Shown here: positions 56,787-64,000 of the stretch, piece by piece
Layout: every line of letters begins with the position of its first letter
Numbering within the stretch: position 1 is the stretch's first letter
Virus record (IMG/VR): IMGVR_UViG_3300031088_000782
Location: 192,001 to 256,000 of that record
DNA: 64,000 nt
Reading direction: 5' to 3' (one strand)
Origin: a virus
Lineage: Duplodnaviria; Caudoviricetes
The notes under the pieces: model-generated
Told to the model about the DNA's origin: nothing
Seen by the model: the letters and a program-made list of their open reading frames with translations, nothing else
Database searches by the model: none
Translations under genes and position numbers: made by a program

Positions 56787-58142
56787 ATGCCAGTACGTCC
56801 AAAAGCAATATTTGTAGGGCCAGCAAAGCTTGGCGAACATTTAGAGAAATTGAGAAAAGGCTGGGACTTCGTTAGCATTGTGCCAGATATCGCAAGTCTT
56901 TGGAACGGCCTCAACAACCAGACTATTGATGACAATGTTCAGGTAATAATAACCTTAGACGGATTCTTCAAACCAGATTCGGAAGAAGATTCATCATTTG
57001 AGCAGTTAGTTGCCATGATGTCCCCCCATTGTTTCTTCTTAATTGTGTCTTATATGCCAGAATACGAAAGCCAAATGAGATCAAGAATCAGCTCAGAGTC
57101 TCATGCTGTCGGAAATGGTGGAAATGAAGAATACTTTTTCGTTGACCCAAAACGTCCCAACCTGACAATCGACAGAGCACTTGCAGAATATATTAAAAAC
57201 ACTGAAAACAAAGAAGTAGCCGCTATTCTTGATGGAAGAGAAATAGAGCAAGATCCCGCTACACAAGAACTGCAAGAAGTTCAACCAGCTCCTGTAGCCA
57301 CAGATTATAACTTTGATGACATTGAAAGTGACAAGTTGGGACAGGTTGTTGCTATCACATCAAGTAAAGGTGGATCCGGCAAGTCTACTGTTGCAACAAC
57401 CTTAGCAACATATTTAGCTCATTCTTCAATCAACTCCGTTAAAGAAGGACTAGAAGAAAAGCCACTCAAAATCTGTATTCTCGACTTGGACGTTAGGGAC
57501 GGTCAGATTGGATTCTTAACAGGAAACCTTCAGCCTACAGTTCTTCATATGAGATCGCATGGTATTGATCCTCAAACTCTCAGTGAAACAATCATTTACA
57601 GTGAAAGACTGAAAGTAGATTTGCTATTAGCACCTAAAAGACCAAGACTTTCAGATGATACTCCAGCTGAATTCTACTTAGAACTTATTCAATTTTTGAA
57701 ACGATTCTATGATTATGTCATTTTGGATACTTCTGTGAACTATCTTGATCCATTATTGGAGAAAGTTGCTTATCCGATTGCAGATCAAATTATTTTCGTT
57801 TCAGACATTGTTGTTCATTCTGTTTATTCAATGACACGATGGATTCAAGAGGTTACAAAACCTAAGAGTCAGCAGGGAATGGGAATAGACAAAAAGAAAA
57901 TCGGTATTGTTGTCAATAAATCAATGGCGAACATCAGCATGTCAGGCGAAAAAATCGCTAAAAGTGCACTTGGTCTCCCAGTTCTGACAGTTATACCAAA
58001 CAACGCTAAACTTTTGGCACACGCAGCTAACCTTCAGTCAATGGAGCAAGTTCTGAGACATGCAGATATCAAAAACTCTATCAGGCTATTAGCGCGTCGT
58101 ATCGTCGGTAAAAAATATAAACTTACTGATAACGTGTCATAA
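56787..58142 (+). CDS. CpaE/TadZ-type MinD/ParA-family ATPase with an N-terminal receiver-like domain
   Basis: SSKGGSGKST, ILDLD...GQ, YDYVILDT. Confidence 0.85.
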   Translation: MPVRPKAIFVGPAKLGEHLEKLRKGWDFVSIVPDIASLWNGLNNQTIDDNVQVIITLDGFFKPDSEEDSSFEQLVAMMSPHCFFLIVSYMPEYESQMRSRISSESHAVGNGGNEEYFFVDPKRPNLTIDRALAEYIKNTENKEVAAILDGREIEQDPATQELQEVQPAPVATDYNFDDIESDKLGQVVAITSSKGGSGKSTVATTLATYLAHSSINSVKEGLEEKPLKICILDLDVRDGQIGFLTGNLQPTVLHMRSHGIDPQTLSETIIYSERLKVDLLLAPKRPRLSDDTPAEFYLELIQFLKRFYDYVILDTSVNYLDPLLEKVAYPIADQIIFVSDIVVHSVYSMTRWIQEVTKPKSQQGMGIDKKKIGIVVNKSMANISMSGEKIAKSALGLPVLTVIPNNAKLLAHAANLQSMEQVLRHADIKNSIRLLARRIVGKKYKLTDNVS

Positions 58143-58175
58143 CAGATTTTCCCTCTTAACGGGCGGAAAAACACA

Positions 58176-58220
58176 CAACACAGGTTCCTAGTGGTAGGGG
58201 AGCCTGTGTTGTTTTTTTTT
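58176..58220 (+). terminator. Intrinsic terminator
   Basis: caacacaggttcc / ggagcctgtgttg stem followed by T9. Confidence 0.8.
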
Positions 58221-58315
58221 ATTCCCTCTTTTATCAACACCAGTAGACAAAATTTTATAAACATTATAGAAAGCACTTATAAGGCACAGAGACATTCTAC
58301 AAAAGGACAGCTGAC

Positions 58316-59524
58316 ATGGGCAAATTTCACATTAATGACAAAGATGAAGTAAAACCATGTAAAGCAACTATCAAAAAATGTAAATTTGGAGATAAGAAAC
58401 ATTTTTCAACAATTCATGAAGCAGAACAAGAATTAGTAGAAAATTTTAACAATAAAACTATAAAAACTCTATCAAAGATCAAACCTGACACTTTATCTGC
58501 AAACATCAGTAAAAACTACTCTCATTTGTCAATAATCTTCGACCACATGCACAACAGCGGCCACACAGGAAACGAACTTGAACAGTACTATTACAATTCC
58601 CCTGCTGGAAGGTTAGAACTTGAAAGAAGAACAGGAAAAGGGAATAACATAGACAAAACTTATATAAAAATAAAAGAAATAATTGACGATCCTGAATTCC
58701 AACCAATTGACACAAAAATTAACGAAAACAAACTTAATGAATCAATTCAAACAGGTTATGAAAGTTTTTCTGAAAAGTTTGGCGAAAAAGACAAAGAATT
58801 AGATTACGAATACAGCGATATTGATCCTAAAACAAATGAAATGAGACATGCTTTAGTGGAAGAATCTCACAAGTGGTATCTTAATCTTTCAACAGAACAG
58901 CAGGAAGCTATTTCCGAACTTACATCATCAGGATTTGAAAAACTTCAATATGCTCATGGAATCAAAACAAATTCACCAGCAAATTTTATTTTTGACACAG
59001 ACATAGATATAGATGAATTTTATGAAACTTATGATGGAAATGATTTTAAAGAAGAACTCAATAGAAGATTCTCATCAATAGGAGATGAATACAAGAAAAA
59101 TATTGATGAAGCTTTTAAACATACCCCCAAACTTGAAAAACCTATCATAACATACCGAGGAACAAGTTTAGAAGAAATCAAAGAAATAGCAGGATTCGAT
59201 TCAGAAACAGATGACAAACAATTCACAGAAAAAATGTTAAATGGAGAACTCGATAATCAGAATATTAGTGAAAAATCTAGATTAGCTAATTTACCTATTT
59301 CTTCAACAGTTTCAACAAACATTGCTAAAAGATTCGGTAAAGGAATATATTTAGAAATTAAACGTCACACATCAAGCAGTCCTGTATTGAACAGCGCATG
59401 GGGAAGCTACGAACAAGAATTTTTGACAAACCCGAACAGTAAATACAAAATAATCGAAGCAGTAGAAAGTCAAAATAAAAGAGACAAAGGATTGATCGTT
59501 CGAATAGAAGAAATAGCTAATTGA
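58316..59524 (+). CDS. HCCH-module protein 4 with a C-terminal R-S-E clade ADP-ribosyltransferase
   Basis: N-terminal KFHINDKDEVKPCKATIKKCKF...HFSTIHEA; ART motifs ITYRGT, ISSTVST, YEQEFL...SKYKI; W...LSTEQQEAI helix. Confidence 0.8.
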   Translation: MGKFHINDKDEVKPCKATIKKCKFGDKKHFSTIHEAEQELVENFNNKTIKTLSKIKPDTLSANISKNYSHLSIIFDHMHNSGHTGNELEQYYYNSPAGRLELERRTGKGNNIDKTYIKIKEIIDDPEFQPIDTKINENKLNESIQTGYESFSEKFGEKDKELDYEYSDIDPKTNEMRHALVEESHKWYLNLSTEQQEAISELTSSGFEKLQYAHGIKTNSPANFIFDTDIDIDEFYETYDGNDFKEELNRRFSSIGDEYKKNIDEAFKHTPKLEKPIITYRGTSLEEIKEIAGFDSETDDKQFTEKMLNGELDNQNISEKSRLANLPISSTVSTNIAKRFGKGIYLEIKRHTSSSPVLNSAWGSYEQEFLTNPNSKYKIIEAVESQNKRDKGLIVRIEEIAN

Positions 59525-59572
59525 ATAAAAACTATCCTAATTTTTAAAATTAAATAATTTTTTAGAATAATT

Positions 59573-59635
59573 AAAATAGAGCAGATAGACATTAGAAGAA
59601 TAATAATCCTTCACAACGCTCATCTGCTCTATTTT
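59573..59635. terminator. Inverted repeat between convergent genes
   Basis: 14-bp arms aaaatagagcagat / atctgctctatttt, about 35-nt loop. Confidence 0.55.
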
Positions 59636-59839
59636 TAATGGTTTTTAGGGAATTTTTAAATTCTTAAAACTCATTCTCTAACGGCATTCAAAAACGCCGC
59701 ATAAAACCTTGCTTATTTCAGGTATAAAAAGGTTATTTTTAAAGGGATTTTCTAAAAACCTTATTTTCCCTATCCCGGTACTAAAAACAGAAAAATTTCT
59801 CTCAAAATTCATTATGGAACTTTCAGCAAAATAAATTCT

Positions 59840-61474
59840 TCAATTGTCCATTTCATTTTCAAGCATCAAAGGAAGCATCAGAACAGGATTGATCTCAGCG
59901 TCAAAAAGATCACTGTCCAGAGCATTATGCCATTCTTGGAAGCTCGGGAAAGTTTCAATAGATAAAATATACATCATATTAAAAAATTCAACACATGATT
60001 TAAACCATTCATCACTGTTATCTTTAGACAAAATTTTAATAAAAATATCCAAACTATTATCAATATTGCTTGCCATGCTTCCAAAAACAACATTCTTCAT
60101 ATTTTCTTTACTCTGATAATTTAAAATAAAATCATCTTTAAAGCTCATATCTTTTCTATTAGAGTAGTTAACATAAGAAAAGCTAATAGTTTTGTCATCA
60201 TTTATCTTCTGTTTTTTAATACTGACGAAATTATAAAGAAAAACAAGATTAAATACATTATAAAGATCCTCAGCAGAAACACAGTCCTTCTTTCTATATA
60301 TCTCTTTCAGAAATCTCACAGCTAAAAAAGAATAATTCTCATCATGAAAATAATCAAGATCGTGCTTTTTAAAATATTTATTAAACTTGTTATAGATCTC
60401 TTTCAATTCAGAAATAACCTTCTCTTTATTTAAATCTGCATCAAAATACATCAAAGCCCACACAGCGTGCCTAGTCCAGTCAAAATGAGAACTGTAACTA
60501 CCGCGCTCAAAGAAATCAAACGCAAACATCTCCTTACTAGAAAGATAAATACTCGAATCAACATACATATGTTCAACCATTTCAATAAAACTATCAAACA
60601 TATTATTATCTTCTTTATTTTCGTATGCATCTACACGACTACGAAACCAAACAATCTCTTCATAAGCTTTCTCATTAAAACGAGAAACGGCTTTATCCAA
60701 ATCAATACGAGAAAGTTCAGAAAATGATTCACAAAACTTTAACAAAAAATTTCGTGAATAATTACTATCTGCAGGCTTAAACCCATAACCAATATAACGA
60801 CTCAAACGCTCAAGAGAAGAAGTAATAAAATAAAAGCCATCTGCATTTTCTTTTGAGAGATTTGGAACAAGAAGCCGATTATTCAAATGATCATAATAAT
60901 CTTTGTAATAGACACAAGAATAAGATTTTTTCGAATCTTCTACATAATCAACAGTAAAGTTTTCGCCAACAAAATCTTTGTCAATGATTCCTTTAACCAA
61001 AGCGAACTGAGTGACAGTATAATCAAAATCTGAAAGTATAGCCTCCGGAGATCCAAAATTTTTGCGCACCAAATCAATTGTCACATTATAAAAATAATCA
61101 TAGAACCCAATAGAATTTTCCGTGTCATATTTTTTCTCAAAACCAGGTCTTTCACTAAATAATTTAACAGCATCATTGAAATCCTCTTCGCTCTCAAAGA
61201 AAACATCAATATCCTTAATAGCTCTACTTGTCAAATAATCCTTAAAAACGCCTCCAGCAATAAAACCTTTATGCCCATCAAGAATGCTCTCAGCAAAAGC
61301 ACTCACAAACTTCTGCAAATCTTCTTCTTTATCATTATCTGTTGTAGCATTATCGGTGTCGGTGTTTCGTTCTACAAGAATTTCAGAGTTATCTTCAGAA
61401 ATTACTGAAGTACTGAAAGAACAATTCGCATTCACAACAACAGAATTCACTCCATAAGACAAGATAGCCTCCAC
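59840..61474 (-). CDS. Pol-beta superfamily (CCA/polyA-polymerase-like) nucleotidyltransferase head plus unknown C-terminal domain
   Basis: FIAGGVFKD...KDIDVFF, IDLV, FDYTVTQFA, RLSRYIGYGF. Confidence 0.7.
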   Translation of the reverse strand: MEAILSYGVNSVVVNANCSFSTSVISEDNSEILVERNTDTDNATTDNDKEEDLQKFVSAFAESILDGHKGFIAGGVFKDYLTSRAIKDIDVFFESEEDFNDAVKLFSERPGFEKKYDTENSIGFYDYFYNVTIDLVRKNFGSPEAILSDFDYTVTQFALVKGIIDKDFVGENFTVDYVEDSKKSYSCVYYKDYYDHLNNRLLVPNLSKENADGFYFITSSLERLSRYIGYGFKPADSNYSRNFLLKFCESFSELSRIDLDKAVSRFNEKAYEEIVWFRSRVDAYENKEDNNMFDSFIEMVEHMYVDSSIYLSSKEMFAFDFFERGSYSSHFDWTRHAVWALMYFDADLNKEKVISELKEIYNKFNKYFKKHDLDYFHDENYSFLAVRFLKEIYRKKDCVSAEDLYNVFNLVFLYNFVSIKKQKINDDKTISFSYVNYSNRKDMSFKDDFILNYQSKENMKNVVFGSMASNIDNSLDIFIKILSKDNSDEWFKSCVEFFNMMYILSIETFPSFQEWHNALDSDLFDAEINPVLMLPLMLENEMDN

Positions 61475-61624
61475 AATTTCTAAAAATATCTCACAAAAAC
61501 TTATACAAAAACAATCCTATCATAGAACACAATCAAAGTCAATGACAGTATTCCCAACTTAATCATTTATCCTTTTGATTGTATTCTTGAACAAACTATC
61601 ATTTCAACAAATAATAAAAATAGA

Positions 61625-61668
61625 AAAGTCCATAAGGTATATTATTCGTTATATACCTTATGGACTTT
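61625..61668 (-). terminator. Hairpin after the PilT-like gene
   Basis: 18-bp arms aaagtccataaggtatat / atataccttatggacttt. Confidence 0.7.
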
Positions 61669-61684
61669 ATTTTTCTAAAAACAT

Positions 61685-63409
61685 TTAACCAAGTTTTTTC
61701 AACAATTCGTTAAAACGGATAATGCTTGTGGCTTGACGGCGAGCAGCGTCTACCTCACATCTATCCTCAGAAACAGCCCTCACCAGAGCATGTTCCATTG
61801 TAATCTCACGATCTATCTGATACTGTTTGATCCCCTCAATGTCAGCATGAAGGATCATTCGTGAAACTTCTTCATCAACATTAAGAATTTCACGAACAGC
61901 AAATCTTGACTCGCCATCCTTCGACTGCAATAGAACCTGATTAGCAAAACCACGAACATTCTCTGACAATGAACCAAGAATTCGAATCTGATCATCTCCC
62001 TGATACAAAGAACGAATACGGTTTACAGTAGCCGGGGCTGAATTAGTGTGCATAGTCGAAATAGCCAAATGGCCTGTCTCAGCAGCTCTCAACAATTCAT
62101 TAACCTCAGTCTGATTCCTAACCTCACCAATCATTATAATGTCTGGTGCCTGACGCATAGCACTCGTCAAAGCGCCAGCAAAGGTTCGGGTATCTCTACC
62201 AACCTCACGTTGAGTAATCAATGCCTTACCCTCTGTTCCGTACATGAACTCAACAGGTCTCTCAACCGTAATAATCTTACAAGCCCTGTCCATCTGAATC
62301 TTATGTATCAAAGAAGCCAAAGTGCTCGATTTTCCAGTTCCCGTTGGCCCATTCATCATGACCAAACCATTCGGCAAATCACACCAATCAATCAAATCTT
62401 GCTCAACACCCAAATCTTCAGGCATAGGAATGATGTTACTGATAATACGGAACACCATAGCAAAATCTCCACCATTAGCCTTCAACACAGACAAACGCAA
62501 ACGTCTCCCCTGATACTTTCCCTTCTTTACGACATAAGAAGCATCCAATTCAAGATCCGTAGCAAAATCAGATTGCGCAACATGTGAAGTAATATTTGTG
62601 AAAATTCTCTGCACAATAGTAGCAGGAATAATACCAAAATCACTCACACGTCGAATGTCACCTAAAACAGTATAAGCAATATAATCATTCGGAGAAATAT
62701 GAATATCCGAAGCCTTCAAATCAATTCCAAAACCAATAATCGCATCAATATCAAACCCAGAAAACTCATCCTCAAAATCATCCTCACTCAAATCATAAGC
62801 ACCAGAGAAAGAATCCTCACTCTCATCCCCATTAAAAGCAGCATCTAAAATAGAATCAACATCATCCGAAACGGGATCATCACTATCATGCTCATCAATA
62901 GTATTCAAAACATTCTCAAACGAATCAAACTGAGCAGTGTCCTCAATACTATCATCTTCATCAATGTCTAAATCAGTATGAGAATCATAATCAGAATTTT
63001 CATAACCTTCATCAAACTCTTCATCAACAGAATCGTAAGAGCGAGAACGGTAATGTGAATCATAATCATCCTCATTGCCATTCACATCAACATAAAAATC
63101 AGGAATACTATGAGCAGATTCTTCGTATTCTCCATGCCCCTCATCTTTGACAACATACACATCCTCAACACCAGGCAAAGCATCATCCTCGATCTCATAA
63201 CCAATAAGATCTTCATTCGGATTACCCTCAATCAAATCACGAGAATGCTCAAAAGTTCCAGTAGACAAATTGCTCACATCAACATCAAGAGACATCAGAT
63301 CAAAACTATCCTCATACTCTTCCTCCTCATCAGAATCATCTAACAAAGGATTCACAACATCATCCTCATCGTCCAATAAAGGATTCGAGTCATCATTCAG
63401 ATCATCCAT
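61685..63409 (-). CDS. PilT/PilU-like type IV pilus ATPase with a very long acidic N-terminal extension
   Basis: ASDIHI, GPTGTGKSST, ITVERPVEF, QREVGRDT, RQAPDIIMIGEVR, AAETGHLAISTMHTN. Confidence 0.88.
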   Translation of the reverse strand: MDDLNDDSNPLLDDEDDVVNPLLDDSDEEEEYEDSFDLMSLDVDVSNLSTGTFEHSRDLIEGNPNEDLIGYEIEDDALPGVEDVYVVKDEGHGEYEESAHSIPDFYVDVNGNEDDYDSHYRSRSYDSVDEEFDEGYENSDYDSHTDLDIDEDDSIEDTAQFDSFENVLNTIDEHDSDDPVSDDVDSILDAAFNGDESEDSFSGAYDLSEDDFEDEFSGFDIDAIIGFGIDLKASDIHISPNDYIAYTVLGDIRRVSDFGIIPATIVQRIFTNITSHVAQSDFATDLELDASYVVKKGKYQGRRLRLSVLKANGGDFAMVFRIISNIIPMPEDLGVEQDLIDWCDLPNGLVMMNGPTGTGKSSTLASLIHKIQMDRACKIITVERPVEFMYGTEGKALITQREVGRDTRTFAGALTSAMRQAPDIIMIGEVRNQTEVNELLRAAETGHLAISTMHTNSAPATVNRIRSLYQGDDQIRILGSLSENVRGFANQVLLQSKDGESRFAVREILNVDEEVSRMILHADIEGIKQYQIDREITMEHALVRAVSEDRCEVDAARRQATSIIRFNELLKKLG

Positions 63410-64000
63410 AAATCTCTCTCCTTAAACACACCGTCTTCAGTAATAACAGGAACGATATCAATACGCCCCTCCTGCCATAAACCAATCTCTTTAGAAATCT
63501 GCTCCAACTTACGAGCAGGGCCAATATTTTTACACACCCAAATAACTTTCTTATACAATCTATTATCAGCACGATAAGCTCTCAAAGTTTTCTCATAAGA
63601 ACCACTCGCTTTATTGTTAATCTCAATCTCCACAGCAATACTCTCCGGTGTTCCATCCTCATTTCTTGGACGAACAACAACAAGGTCAGGAACATGGTAA
63701 GCCAAACGAATATTGAAAGGCGGCATCAAAGCCCACATGTACTCATTCCCCAAAACTTGCTCAGGGCTTGGGCCGAAATTAACACCACCAGCACGCTCCC
63801 AAGAACGAAATTGTTTCTCAATCTCAGCCAACAATTCAGGACGATACACATCAGATTTATCAAACATCTTAATCTTTCCAAAAGCAGATTGAATCTCCAG
63901 CTCACTCACAAGCTTCTCACCAAACACCATCTCCCCCTTACCATCAACACGATTACGCACAGGAAATTCAGGAAGATTAAGAACATTCACATTAGCACCC
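63397..64000 (-). CDS. Partial protein (5' end outside the window) with a PD-(D/E)XK-like, replication-relaxation-type C-terminal domain
   Basis: HVPDLVV...IAVEIEINNK...YEKTLRAY; frame open to the window edge. Confidence 0.55.
   Translation of the reverse strand, partial: GANVNVLNLPEFPVRNRVDGKGEMVFGEKLVSELEIQSAFGKIKMFDKSDVYRPELLAEIEKQFRSWERAGGVNFGPSPEQVLGNEYMWALMPPFNIRLAYHVPDLVVVRPRNEDGTPESIAVEIEINNKASGSYEKTLRAYRADNRLYKKVIWVCKNIGPARKLEQISKEIGLWQEGRIDIVPVITEDGVFKERDLWMI

Noticed and set aside
59640-59830. Possible origin or ncRNA in longer non-coding gaps (also 3110-3240 and 20270-20530)
   Set aside because: No iterons, DnaA-box cluster, nick-site consensus or convincing RNA fold could be identified by eye
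785-63343. Numerous 60-140 aa ORFs overlapping or antisense to long genes
   Set aside because: Shadow frames without RBS or recognisable motifs inside well-supported CDSs
1-64000. Jumbo phage genome
   Set aside because: No capsid, portal, terminase, tail or lysis genes seen, while conjugation and pilus genes are abundant; cannot be fully excluded from one window

Overview
AT-rich (roughly 30-35% GC by eye), densely coding 64 kb segment in standard genetic code. I saw no rRNA, tRNA, CRISPR array, integrase or phage virion genes. It reads as part of a very large, self-sufficient conjugative element (megaplasmid-like), probably actinobacterial-associated. Contents: (1) its own DNA-handling genes: NAD-dependent ligase, type IIA topoisomerase B and A subunits, RadA, RecX, RusA-like resolvase and a RecB/Cas4-like nuclease; (2) transfer and pilus genes: Flp pilin, TadC/TadA/TadB, CpaB, CpaE/TadZ, TcpE, a VirB4-like ATPase, an FtsK-like ATPase, a PilT-like ATPase and a type IV prepilin-like protein; (3) a signal-peptide RHS polymorphic toxin with an overlapping immunity gene; (4) seven free-standing homing-endonuclease-like genes and two class-3-type inteins, one of them an orphan split C-fragment. 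The most striking unexplained pattern is four scattered, otherwise unrelated proteins that begin with the same ~40-aa His-Cys-Cys-His module. One of them carries an R-S-E ADP-ribosyltransferase, which suggests a shared targeting/delivery tag on a set of polymorphic effectors. Other leads are four fusions of a GNAT-like domain to two different nuclease families, and the orphan split intein fused to the FtsK C-half. All family assignments come from recognising motifs by eye; no database search was run.
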